64,000 bases of DNA from Aliarcobacter sp. (GCA_028688995.1 JAQTXB010000004.1:35636-99635); one strand, 5' to 3'. Numbered from the stretch's first letter, positions 28,268 through 37,616 are shown. Notes: generated from the letters alone by a model not told the origin. Made by a program: numbers and translations.

Positions 28268-29383
28268 TTAAGAGTTACTTTTTTTAAATAATTTTGAGAA
28301 AATTGGCTCTATTATTGGCACAATTTTTACAGTTATAAATCCCACAATTCCCCCAAGTATTATCTCGCTTAAAAATCCTCCAAGAGGAATAGATTTTATA
28401 GTTTCATCAAAGGCGTGAAATAGATGAGTTTCATGTACAATAATTCCACCACCAACTGCTAACATTGCAACGGTTCCTAATATTCCAATAGATTTTATTA
28501 TATGAGGCATTGCATTTACAAATCCAGTTCCAATTGTTTTTAAAATAGCACTATTTTTTTCTTGTAAATAAAAACCAATATCATCAAGTTTTATTATAAA
28601 AGCAACTATTCCATATACAAAAACTGTAGTTAAAATTCCTACAATTGAAAGAACAGATAATTTTGCTAAAAAGTTTGTATTTTCAACCAAACTAAGCGTA
28701 ATTACGATAATTTCAAATGATAAAATAAAATCTGTTTTAATGGCACCTTTTACTTTTTCATCTTCAAGTTTTTCAGTTGACAACTCTTTTATTGTTTCTA
28801 TTTCATCACTTATTTCATGGTGAGTTCCAAGTTTTTCTAAAACACTTTCAACTCCTTCATAAACTAAATAAATTCCCCCTAAAATTAAAATAGGAGAGAT
28901 TAGCCAAGGAGCAATTGAACTCATAAGTAAAACAATAGGAATGATAATAAATTTATTTTTTAAACTTCCCTTTGCAATTTTATAAACAATTGGAAGTTCC
29001 CTTGCTGCTGCTTTTCTTTTTGCTTCAAGGATGGCTTGTTCTCTAATTCCCTCAAGTTCTTCTAAAATCTTTTTTTGAGATTGTTCATCTAATTTTTCAA
29101 TATTATGTTTAAATTCATCTACTGTTTTTGCTTTATTTAATTCATTCTTTAAAATATCAGAAGTTGTATCATTTGTAAAATTTGCAATTGCTGCTAAATC
29201 ATCAACAACTAAACCACTTGATTTTATACTTGCAAGTTTTGTATAAGTTGCAATATCATCAAAAAGTAATCCCACATCATCAAGGGAAGTAGCCATTGTT
29301 TTTGTTGCAGTTGCTACAGTTTTTCCAGCAAGTGAACTTATATCATCTGTTAATAAAGATAAATATCCTAAAAATCCTGCCAT
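28268..29383 (-). CDS. DUF808 (YedI-like) membrane protein with N-terminal extension and insertion
   Basis: RELPIVYKIAKGSLKNK; GAIKTDFILSFEII; GTVAMLAVGGGI. Confidence 0.85.
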   Translation of the reverse strand: MAGFLGYLSLLTDDISSLAGKTVATATKTMATSLDDVGLLFDDIATYTKLASIKSSGLVVDDLAAIANFTNDTTSDILKNELNKAKTVDEFKHNIEKLDEQSQKKILEELEGIREQAILEAKRKAAARELPIVYKIAKGSLKNKFIIIPIVLLMSSIAPWLISPILILGGIYLVYEGVESVLEKLGTHHEISDEIETIKELSTEKLEDEKVKGAIKTDFILSFEIIVITLSLVENTNFLAKLSVLSIVGILTTVFVYGIVAFIIKLDDIGFYLQEKNSAILKTIGTGFVNAMPHIIKSIGILGTVAMLAVGGGIIVHETHLFHAFDETIKSIPLGGFLSEIILGGIVGFITVKIVPIIEPIFSKLFKKSNS

Positions 29384-29443
29384 TTATATATTCCTCAATA
29401 AATTTTTTTTGTTATTTTATCATAAATAAAAATTGTAAAATTT

Positions 29444-30268
29444 TTACTTTAGTTTATAATCTGATAATTTCACAAATTTAAACCCTTTTTGTTTTAGTTT
29501 TGTAATGGCATTCATTGTACCTTGAGCAGTATCTGATGTTGGATGATTCATATGAATAATTACTATTTCGCCTTTTTTTGCTTTTAAGAATGCTTCTTCA
29601 ACTTTTTTAGTTGAGAAAGTAGCACCTGCGTCTCCTAAAATAGAAAATCCAACAACTTGATGATTTAGTTTATTTGCTACGCTAACTGCAACTTCATCAT
29701 AATAAGCAGTTCCAGAACGGAAATATTTTGGTCTTTTGTGGGTGATTGATTCTATTTTTCTTGCGTTTAACTCTATTTCATCAACTAATTCTTCAACATT
29801 TTTTGTTCCACTTAATCCATAAATTGATTTTCCATTTACAGATGCTGGTTTATGTTCTAGCCCATGATTTGCTATTTCAAAAAGAGGATTTGAAGCTAAC
29901 TCTTTAAATGTTGAAAGATTTTTGTTTATCCATCGTGCATTTATAAACATAGTTGCTGGGATTTTCTCTTTTTTCAAAAAATTAACTAATTTTTCATCAT
30001 AAGCCATTCCAAGAGGACTTCCACAAGCATCCATTGTTAAAGCAATTACTTTTTCTTTTGTATCTAGGTTGGTTTTTACACCTGTAACATTTTCACCCCA
30101 TTGTCTTGGAGTTTGATTTTCAAAAGCTTTTGCAATATTTTTTCTAAATGATTCATACTCTTTTTTAGAATTTATTGGTTGCTCACTAAAATAGCTATCA
30201 CTTGCGCTGTTTGCGCAAGCTGTAAAACCAAGAGTTAAAAGTAAAGAAAAGATAATTGATTGTTTCAT
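29444..30268 (-). CDS. Polysaccharide deacetylase family lipoprotein
   Basis: Lipobox FTAC; ALTMDAC; IANHGLEH; IIHMNHP. Confidence 0.88.
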   Translation of the reverse strand: MKQSIIFSLLLTLGFTACANSASDSYFSEQPINSKKEYESFRKNIAKAFENQTPRQWGENVTGVKTNLDTKEKVIALTMDACGSPLGMAYDEKLVNFLKKEKIPATMFINARWINKNLSTFKELASNPLFEIANHGLEHKPASVNGKSIYGLSGTKNVEELVDEIELNARKIESITHKRPKYFRSGTAYYDEVAVSVANKLNHQVVGFSILGDAGATFSTKKVEEAFLKAKKGEIVIIHMNHPTSDTAQGTMNAITKLKQKGFKFVKLSDYKLK

Positions 30269-30337
30269 AGATTTTCCTTATCACAAAATAGATATAATAA
30301 ATAATACTATATGAAAATTTAATAAAGAAGTTGATTA

Positions 30338-31585
30338 ATGGAAGAAAAAGATAGAGTTTTTGATGTAATTGTAATTGGCGGTGGACCTGCTGGAATAATG
30401 GCTAGTATTAGTGCTGCAAAGGAGAATAAAAGCGTTTTATTACTAGAAAAACTCTCAAAAATTGCAGCAAAACTAAAAGCCACTGGTGGTGGAAAATGCA
30501 ATCTTACAAATACTTTATCAACCGAAGAATTTATGGGAAAATTTGGTAAAAATGGCCGATTTATGAGTCATGCACTTGAAGCTTTTAATGCAAATGATTT
30601 AAGAGATTTTTTTGCAAGCATTGGAGTTGAAACAATTGCCCGAGATGGATTTAGAGTATTTCCACTAGATCACAGCTCTTCTATTATTTTAAAAGCTTTA
30701 GATGATGAACTTGAAAGATTAAAAGTAAAAGTTGATTGTTCTGTTGAAATTCAAACTATTCAAAAAATAGATGATATTTTTATCATAAATAGCCAATCAA
30801 ATATCTACAAAACAAAAAATATTATCTTAGCAACGGGAGGTTTAGGTTATCCAACTCTTGGGGCAACTGGTGATGGATATATTTATGCCAAAAATTTTGG
30901 ACATGAGGTTACTTCTTTGCATCCAGCAATGATGCCATTATTTACAAAAGAGAAAAACTTCGCAGCTTGTAAAGCAGATACTATTGCCAAAGCTATTTTA
31001 AAAGTTGATTTACCAAAATACAAAAAACTAAAACTAACTGGAGATTTAATTTTCACAAACAATGGAATAAGAGGGCCAGTTGTTTTAGATTTTGCCCGAG
31101 AATTAACTCCAATCTTAGCAAAACACAATGAAGTACCTTTATTGATTAGTTTTCTAAAAGGTATGAATGAAGAGCAAATTTATACACATATTAAAAAAGA
31201 GATTGAAAAAAATCCAACAGCCACAGTTTTGGAAAATCTTACTACTCTTTTGGCTTTAAGTGTGGCAAATGAAATATGTAATATTTGCCAAATAAATAGT
31301 TCTGAAAAGTTTAAAAACATAGATGGAATAAAAAGAGAAAAACTAATAAAAACCCTAGCATGGACACCTTTAACTGTAACTGGACATGAGGGATTTAAAA
31401 ATGCCATGATTACAAGAGGTGGAGTTGAGCTCAAAGAAATTGACTCAAAAACTATGCAAAGTAAAATAGTGGAGGGCTTGTTTTTTTGTGGCGAAGTTGT
31501 AAATATTGATGGACCATGCGGTGGATATAATCTTCAATGGTCTTTTTCAAGTGGATTTTTGGCGGGGAAAACAAAAAGTTTATGA
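30338..31585 (+). CDS. HI0933/BaiN family flavoprotein
   Basis: GGGPAG; TGGGKCNLTN; TGGLGYPTLGATGDG; GGYNLQW. Confidence 0.92.
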   Translation: MEEKDRVFDVIVIGGGPAGIMASISAAKENKSVLLLEKLSKIAAKLKATGGGKCNLTNTLSTEEFMGKFGKNGRFMSHALEAFNANDLRDFFASIGVETIARDGFRVFPLDHSSSIILKALDDELERLKVKVDCSVEIQTIQKIDDIFIINSQSNIYKTKNIILATGGLGYPTLGATGDGYIYAKNFGHEVTSLHPAMMPLFTKEKNFAACKADTIAKAILKVDLPKYKKLKLTGDLIFTNNGIRGPVVLDFARELTPILAKHNEVPLLISFLKGMNEEQIYTHIKKEIEKNPTATVLENLTTLLALSVANEICNICQINSSEKFKNIDGIKREKLIKTLAWTPLTVTGHEGFKNAMITRGGVELKEIDSKTMQSKIVEGLFFCGEVVNIDGPCGGYNLQWSFSSGFLAGKTKSL

Positions 31586-31592
31586 ATAAAAA

Positions 31593-31606
31593 TGAATTGT
31601 TATTCA
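31593..31606. promoter_or_regulatory. TGAAT-N4-ATTCA palindrome upstream of the diguanylate cyclase
   Basis: TGAATTGTTATTCA, 46 bp before the TTG start. Confidence 0.4.
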
Positions 31607-31652
31607 TAAAGTTGATATAATTAAAAAAAGCTACAATAAAAGAGGTTTTATT

Positions 31653-33518
31653 TTGAATAATATTAAAATTAAAAATTATCAAATCTTTTTGTTTTCTTTC
31701 TTATTTAGTGTAAATATTTTTGCTTTAGATAAGTTAGATTCTACTCCTTTTGTTTTAACTCAAAATGAGAAAAATTGGATAGAAACACATCCTATAATAA
31801 AAGTAGGTGTTGATAAAGATTATGCTCCTTATGAGTGGCTTGAAAATGAAGAGTATAAAGGTCTTGCTGTTGATTATATGAAACGAATTGAAAAAATTGT
31901 AGGAATAGAGTTTCAAATAGTTAAAAATAAATCTTGGAATGAAATCATAAATATGGCCAAAAATGGTGAAATTGATATGATTACAAGTATTGTGCAAACT
32001 CCTGAAAGATCAAAATATCTTAATTTTACAGAATTTTATAGAAAGTGTCCCGTAATTATTATTGACAGAGGGAATAATGGTTTTATTGGAGGATTAAAAT
32101 ATCTTAATAATAAAAAAGTTTCTATTGAAAAAGATTATTTTATGGAAGAGATTTTAAGAACTAATTATCCAAATATAAAATTACAAGTTGTTGATAGCAC
32201 AAAAAAAGCTTTAGAATTGGCAAATTCAGGGGAAGTTGATGCTTATGTTGGAGATTTAGGACTTGCAGATTATTTAATTAAAAAAAATAATTTATCAAAT
32301 TTACGTTTTTCAGGTCAAACTGAATATTTTAGTGACCAAGGTTTTGCTGTTACAAAAAATAATTCTGAACTTTTGAGTATTTTAAATAAAGCTGTAAAAT
32401 CTTTACCTGAAGATGAAACAGAAAATATGTTTAATTATTGGTTGAGTGTAGAGCGTGGGATAGATGTAAAAACTATAGTTTTTTACATTATAGGTATAAC
32501 ATTTATTTTACTAAGTATAATTTATTGGGTTTATAGATTAAGAAGTGAAATAAATCAACGTAAAATTATAGAAGATAAATTAAAACAGAGTGAATCCCTT
32601 TATCGACAATTAACAGAAGATGTAAATGATGTTATTTGGAAAGTAAATACAAATTTTATAGTTACTTATATTAGTCCTGCAGATGAACGATTTAGAGGAT
32701 TTAATGCAAGTGAAGTAATAGGAAAAAGTATTTTTGAATTGTTTACAGATGAAAGTATTATTCTTCTTAATGAAAAATTAAAAGAGAGATTTGAATTATT
32801 GCAAAAAGGTAATAAATTACCTCCTTTGAAAATAGAACTTCAACATAAATGTAAAGATGGAACAATAATTTGGGGTGAAATTTTATCAAAACAAGAGTTT
32901 GATGAAAATGGAAATATTATTGGTTATCATGGAATAACAAGGGAAATTACTGAACGTAAAAAACTACAAGAAAAAATAGAACAATTAGCTTATTGTGATA
33001 CCCTTACAAAACTGCCAAATCGTCGTTCTTTAGAAGATAAAATAAATTTTATAATGTCAAAAAGTGAGAGAAGTCAAAAGTATTGTGCTTTGGTTTTTAT
33101 TGATTTAGATAATTTTAAACCACTAAATGATACTTATGGACATAATGTTGGGGATATATTATTGATTGAAGTTGCAAATAGGTTAAAAAGCAGTATTAGA
33201 AAACTTGATGCGGTTGCTAGAATTGGTGGCGATGAGTTTGTAATTGTACTTGATGAATTTGATGAGGATATAAAAACATCAAAAGAAAATATTTTTAAAG
33301 TAGTTGAAAAAATAAGAATTTATATAGCCCAACCATATAAATTTAGTATAATAAATGAAGATAAAGAAAATATAGATATTGAGCATCATTGTACAGCTAG
33401 TATTGGAATTTGTATGTTCAAAGGAGAACAAGAGAGTTCTATAAATATCTTCAAATGTGCAGATTCAGCAATGTATGAATCAAAAGAATCAGGACGAAAT
33501 ACTATTAAGTTTTTCTAG
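31653..33518 (+). CDS. Diguanylate cyclase: periplasmic binding-protein sensor, TM, PAS, GGDEF
   Basis: VGVDKDYAPY PBP domain; TM; PAS/PAC (GYHGITREIT); DTLTKLPNRR, DLDNFKPLNDTYGHNVGD, ARIGGDEF. Confidence 0.93.
   Translation: MNNIKIKNYQIFLFSFLFSVNIFALDKLDSTPFVLTQNEKNWIETHPIIKVGVDKDYAPYEWLENEEYKGLAVDYMKRIEKIVGIEFQIVKNKSWNEIINMAKNGEIDMITSIVQTPERSKYLNFTEFYRKCPVIIIDRGNNGFIGGLKYLNNKKVSIEKDYFMEEILRTNYPNIKLQVVDSTKKALELANSGEVDAYVGDLGLADYLIKKNNLSNLRFSGQTEYFSDQGFAVTKNNSELLSILNKAVKSLPEDETENMFNYWLSVERGIDVKTIVFYIIGITFILLSIIYWVYRLRSEINQRKIIEDKLKQSESLYRQLTEDVNDVIWKVNTNFIVTYISPADERFRGFNASEVIGKSIFELFTDESIILLNEKLKERFELLQKGNKLPPLKIELQHKCKDGTIIWGEILSKQEFDENGNIIGYHGITREITERKKLQEKIEQLAYCDTLTKLPNRRSLEDKINFIMSKSERSQKYCALVFIDLDNFKPLNDTYGHNVGDILLIEVANRLKSSIRKLDAVARIGGDEFVIVLDEFDEDIKTSKENIFKVVEKIRIYIAQPYKFSIINEDKENIDIEHHCTASIGICMFKGEQESSINIFKCADSAMYESKESGRNTIKFF
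33291..33514 (+). repeat. 224-bp direct repeat, copy 1 (3' end of the diguanylate cyclase gene)
   Basis: Matches 35358-35581 with 5 substitutions. Confidence 0.95.
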
Positions 33519-33526
33519 GATGGGAT

Positions 33527-33640
33527 TTAGTTTCGTTCCCAAGCTCTAGCTTGGGAATGCATACTTTTAGCAAAACAATATTTTGATTTATCTCACTTTT
33601 TTTATCTGCATTCCCAACGAAGACGTTGGGAACGAAGAAA
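33527..33640. repeat. REP doublet (REPIN-like) copy 1
   Basis: TTCGTTCCCAAGCTCTAGCTTGGGAATGCA ... TGCATTCCCAACGAAGACGTTGGGAACGAA: two 9-bp hairpins in inverted orientation. Confidence 0.9.
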
Positions 33641-33685
33641 AGTTATCGTTATCCCCTGTGACGCTAATGTTTAATGTTGTATTAT

Positions 33686-33946
33686 TCATCTTAACAATAA
33701 ATAAATTATACCTACAATTGTTAATATTATTAAAAAAAATATTGTTCCAACTTTATTTCCTATAATATCTATACGATTTAAATACAAATTCTTTTTACTG
33801 ATTTCTTTTTGACTAAAATTTTTATCTTTATTTATTTCTTTAGAATTATATTTCTCATATAAAATAAAAAATATAATAGAAACTATTATCACTGACAAAA
33901 TTATTTCAAAATTATTTATTAATATTGTTAAACCATTTACTTGCAT
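33686..33946 (-). CDS. Small two-TM membrane protein (86 aa)
   Basis: SD AAGGA; two hydrophobic segments around a Lys-rich loop. Confidence 0.7.
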   Translation of the reverse strand: MQVNGLTILINNFEIILSVIIVSIIFFILYEKYNSKEINKDKNFSQKEISKKNLYLNRIDIIGNKVGTIFFLIILTIVGIIYLLLR

Positions 33947-34005
33947 TTTTATTCCTTATCTTTTTTTGTAGTATTTTCATATAAATCTATAACACCATTT
34001 ATTGT

Positions 34006-34118
34006 TTAGTTTCGTTCCCAAGCTCTAGCTTGGGAATGCATACTTTTAGCAAAATACTATTTCAATTTGTCTTACTTTTTTATCTGCATTCCCAACGAAG
34101 ACGTTGGGAACGAAGAAA
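34006..34118. repeat. REP doublet copy 2
   Basis: Both REP hairpins identical to copy 1; internal spacer diverged from copy 1. Confidence 0.9.
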
Positions 34119-34268
34119 TGAGCTATTTTTTATAATTTTCATTTTGGAATAATATGCATTTTAATAAACTCTTGAACTCTTACATCATTATTATCTAATT
34201 GTATTTCTTTTAGAAGGTAACTTTTAAAACAATTAAACTGCCTATTTTTTCACTTCGTTTAACATTTA

Positions 34269-34565
34269 TTACTTCCCTTCAATTTTATTGTTTTGGAAGA
34301 CTTCTTTTTCTTTGTCTGTTAATGGAATAAAAAGTTTCTGATCAAATTCCTGTTTAGGCATATTTTTTAGATTTGTTGCTTCTTCATATTTATCTACTAT
34401 CCAATAAAGTGTAAAAACAACAATAAATCCAAATAATAAATTCTTTATATCTTTTTTTATTATAGAGAATACATATGATTTACTTTTTGTTTTATTATAT
34501 GATTGTATCCAAGTGTATAAATAAAAACCAATAATTAAAGACCATATAATAATTAATTTAATCAT
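34269..34565 (-). CDS. Small two-TM membrane protein (98 aa; start MIKLII)
   Basis: ATG 1 nt after the upstream stop; two hydrophobic segments. Confidence 0.65.
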   Translation of the reverse strand: MIKLIIIWSLIIGFYLYTWIQSYNKTKSKSYVFSIIKKDIKNLLFGFIVVFTLYWIVDKYEEATNLKNMPKQEFDQKLFIPLTDKEKEVFQNNKIEGK

Positions 34566-34566
34566 T

Positions 34567-34920
34567 TTATTTTTCTTCTTCGATGAAAATAAAGTTTGCA
34601 TCTTCTGTTATACCATATGTTGCACCTTGAAATTTTATATGATTCCATTGATTTTGGATATGTGCATCAATTCTAGGTTGAAGTTTATCTATTTTTGATT
34701 GTGACTTTGCATCATACGCTTCTTTTTGTAACTTCTTCCACGCTTCATTTGAATATCTAAAAGAACCCTTTGTTTTATCTAAAGCTGTGTCAAGCATTGA
34801 AGGAGCTAACACGAATCCTGTAATTCCTGACATTATTACCTCTTTTTCATTTATATTAATATCATTCCAATTTATATTATTCATATAAAAAGTTTTTTGA
34901 TTCCACATTTGTTCTGCAAC
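34567..34920 (-). CDS. Small soluble ORF: either an 88-aa protein from ATG 34833 or the 3' part of a gene truncated at REP doublet 3
   Basis: Frame stays open back to the repeat edge; SD GAGGT before MSGITG. Confidence 0.55.
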   Translation of the reverse strand, partial: VAEQMWNQKTFYMNNINWNDININEKEVIMSGITGFVLAPSMLDTALDKTKGSFRYSNEAWKKLQKEAYDAKSQSKIDKLQPRIDAHIQNQWNHIKFQGATYGITEDANFIFIEEEK

Positions 34921-35033
34921 TTAGTTTCGTTCCCAAGCTCTAGCTTGGGAATGCATACTTTTAGCAAAATACTATTTCAATTTGTCTTACTTTTTTATCT
35001 GCATTCCCAATGAGGACGATGTGAACGAAGAAA
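34921..35033. repeat. REP doublet copy 3 (right-hand REP decayed)
   Basis: Identical to copy 2 except 4 substitutions in the right hairpin. Confidence 0.9.
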
Positions 35034-35057
35034 AGTTACCTATCCTCTTTAGATAAA

Positions 35058-35094
35058 ATTATATTAAAACTGTGTCACATACGGTGTCACAGTT
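35058..35094 (-). promoter_or_regulatory. Candidate promoter pointing into the repeat array, with a tandem GTGACAC box
   Basis: Minus strand AACTGTGACACCGTATGTGACACAGTTTTAA-TATAAT then AAAGAGGA. Confidence 0.4.
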
Positions 35095-35131
35095 CTTTAC
35101 TTTTCAGAATTTCATTTGATTATTGGGGTTA

Positions 35132-35170
35132 TTATCTGGATTCCCAACAAGGACGTTGGGAACGAGGAAA
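35132..35170. repeat. Solitary REP (right half of a decayed fourth doublet)
   Basis: TTATCTGGATTCCCAACAAGGACGTTGGGAACGAGGAAA, 8-bp stem intact. Confidence 0.8.
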
Positions 35171-35357
35171 TAATTAAATTTGATTTTTAAATCATTAGTT
35201 TATTTTAGAAGTATCTTAATTTTATTTGTTACCTATTGTAAACAACGAGAGCTCAAATAGAAAATATATAAATTTACTAAATTGAGACATTTCATAAGAT
35301 ATGAATTAAAAAAATATAGTATATAAAGTTATATTATCAATTTATTTTGAATCTTAC

Positions 35358-35588
35358 ATTTTTAAAGTAGTTGAAAAAATAAGAATTTATATAGCTCAAC
35401 CATATAAATTTAGCATAATAAATGAAGATAAAGAAAATATAGATATTGAGCATCATTGTACAGCAAGTATTGGAATTTGTATGTTCAAAGGAGAAGAAGA
35501 GAGTTCTATAAATATCTTCAAATGTGCAGATTCAGCAATGTATGAATCAAAAGAATCAGGAAGAAATACTATTAAGTTTTTTGAATAA
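35358..35588 (+). pseudogene. Start-less duplicate of the diguanylate cyclase 3' end (direct repeat copy 2)
   Basis: Reads IFKVVEK...GRNTIKFFE* versus ...KFF* in the intact gene. Confidence 0.9.
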
Positions 35589-35630
35589 GTAGAAAATAAT
35601 TTTGAAATATAAAATTAAATAGAAGTTATA

Positions 35631-35659
35631 AATGGGCAAGTTTTAAAAACTTGCCCATT
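35631..35659. terminator. Inverted repeat overlapping the MCP stop codon
   Basis: AATGGGCAAGTTTT-A-AAAACTTGCCCATT. Confidence 0.7.
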
Positions 35660-37616
35660 CATCGTCATCTTTATCATTTGATGAAACTACTTTTGTTTCA
35701 CTTTTTGTATTTGTAATTGGCTTTTTAGTTTGAGTTGGAGTTTTACTTATAGTTTTTGCTGGTGCTGATTTATTCTCTAAAACTTTTGCTGTAACTTCAT
35801 CTTTTCCTATAAACTCTTTTGCATTAGCATTTGAAACAACTAATCTTGCAATTGTATCTGTTTGAACAGCTACTTCATAAGTTTGTGAAGCTATTATTGC
35901 ATTTTGTTGAGTTTGTTGATCTAGTGCGCTAATAGCATCATTTATTTGCTCAATTCCTGCTAATTGTTCTTTACTTGAACCTTCTATACTTTTTATAAGG
36001 TCAATTGTTTGTGAGATATTTTCATTTAGCATTTTGTAACCACTAATCATATCTTCTGATATTCTTTTTCCTTGGTCAGCTTTTCTTGTAGCAGTTTCAA
36101 CTAAAACTTTAATCTCTTTTGCAGCTTCTGCTGAACGAGATGCAAGATTTCTTACTTCTGCTGCAACTACTGCAAATCCTTTTCCAGCTTCTCCAGCAGT
36201 TGCAGCTTCAACAGCTGCATTTAGTGAAAGAATATTTGTTTGGAAGGCAATTTGGTCAATTACGCTAATTGCTTCATTAATTGCGTTTACTTCTCTATCA
36301 ATTTCATTCATAGCATCAGTTGTTTGATTTGCTAAATTTTCACCTTTTGAAGCTGAATCAGTTACGCTAGAAGCCAATTGAGACATTTTAACAATGTTAT
36401 TTGTGTTATTTGAAATATTGCTTGAGATTTCTTCAACAGCAGCAGCTGTTTCTTCTAAAGCAGCAGCAGCTTCATTCGAATTTCTATTTAATGTATCAAC
36501 ATTTTTTAGAAGTATATGACTACTTTCACCTAATGTTAATCCATTTGATTTATTTTCTACTAGCATATCATTTATTATATCTGCAAGATTATTTAATCCC
36601 ACAGTTACACCACTATTACACCCTTTGATTCTATGTGTAAAATCAAGACTTGCATATCTTTCAAGGGCAAAACTAATGTCATTGATATTTGTACAAACTC
36701 TTAATTGAAGACTTAATAACATATCATTAATATGATGTCTTAAACTCTCTAAACTTTGAGATTCTGTTTTATTATCAAGTCTTTTACTTAAGAATCCTTC
36801 TTTAATTGTTAAAACAATTTGATTTATCTCTTCTAGGAATTTGTTATCTGAATCAATTGCACTTTTTGATTTAGAGATATTTTGATTTACAACATGAGCC
36901 ATAGTTCCAAATTCATCATGGTTCTTATCATCTAACATTTCAACTGTTGTAGATTCTTTGTTTATATATCCAAAGAAACTTAATAAGCCATTTTGGAAGT
37001 TATTAATTGATGTTATTAATTGTGATGATAAAGCAAGTGAGAAAGCAACAAAAAATAGTATTGCAATAATTGCTAGTGTGATTAAAACAACATTCATTGT
37101 ACTAATTGCATCATCTTTCATCTTAATAGCATTACCATTTATTTGATTTAATAGTTTTTCTAACTCTAATCCAATATCAGCCATCTCTTTAATAGTAGCT
37201 AATATTTCAGGAGACTCTTTATCTATTGCATTTTTATAATCTGTTATTCTTTTTTGTGAGAATTTATCAAAACTTTGTATGTAATTCTTTGAATTTTCTA
37301 CAATTTTATTAGATAAATCAATATTTTCTTGTGCGGTTAATTTATTTTTAAAGTTTAAAACTAGATTATCTAAAGTAGAAAAATCATCTCTAACTTTTTG
37401 AGCTTTTGCTTCATCAGGAGTTCGTAAGAATTGATAAACAGAAATTCGCCCTTTTAATACCTGTTGAATAAATATATCAGTTTGGTTAGCTGCATTGGTT
37501 AAACGTTTTGTAACACCATCATAATAACTAAATATTGAAGCTGATATTATTACAATTAAAATAAAAGCCAAAGGTAAAAGCATAAGCTTTATTCGTGTAG
37601 AGACGTTTTTTAACAA
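35643..37616 (-). CDS. Methyl-accepting chemotaxis protein with C-terminal EWASF pentapeptide
   Basis: Two TM helices, periplasmic sensor, [34 protein letters not shown]; TTG start with SD AAGGA. Confidence 0.95.
   Translation of the reverse strand: MLKNVSTRIKLMLLPLAFILIVIISASIFSYYDGVTKRLTNAANQTDIFIQQVLKGRISVYQFLRTPDEAKAQKVRDDFSTLDNLVLNFKNKLTAQENIDLSNKIVENSKNYIQSFDKFSQKRITDYKNAIDKESPEILATIKEMADIGLELEKLLNQINGNAIKMKDDAISTMNVVLITLAIIAILFFVAFSLALSSQLITSINNFQNGLLSFFGYINKESTTVEMLDDKNHDEFGTMAHVVNQNISKSKSAIDSDNKFLEEINQIVLTIKEGFLSKRLDNKTESQSLESLRHHINDMLLSLQLRVCTNINDISFALERYASLDFTHRIKGCNSGVTVGLNNLADIINDMLVENKSNGLTLGESSHILLKNVDTLNRNSNEAAAALEETAAAVEEISSNISNNTNNIVKMSQLASSVTDSASKGENLANQTTDAMNEIDREVNAINEAISVIDQIAFQTNILSLNAAVEAATAGEAGKGFAVVAAEVRNLASRSAEAAKEIKVLVETATRKADQGKRISEDMISGYKMLNENISQTIDLIKSIEGSSKEQLAGIEQINDAISALDQQTQQNAIIASQTYEVAVQTDTIARLVVSNANAKEFIGKDEVTAKVLENKSAPAKTISKTPTQTKKPITNTKSETKVVSSNDKDDDEWASF

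Noticed and set aside
33641-34920. Classical integron attC sites
   Set aside because: One GTTAAAC (GTTRRRY) follows the 98-aa gene on the minus strand, but I found no matching RYYYAAC or L boxes, and no intI gene
33527-35170. CRISPR array interpretation of the repeats
   Set aside because: Units are 113-114 bp with intervening segments of 365, 802 and 98 bp, and no cas genes are present; CRISPR repeats and spacers are short and regular
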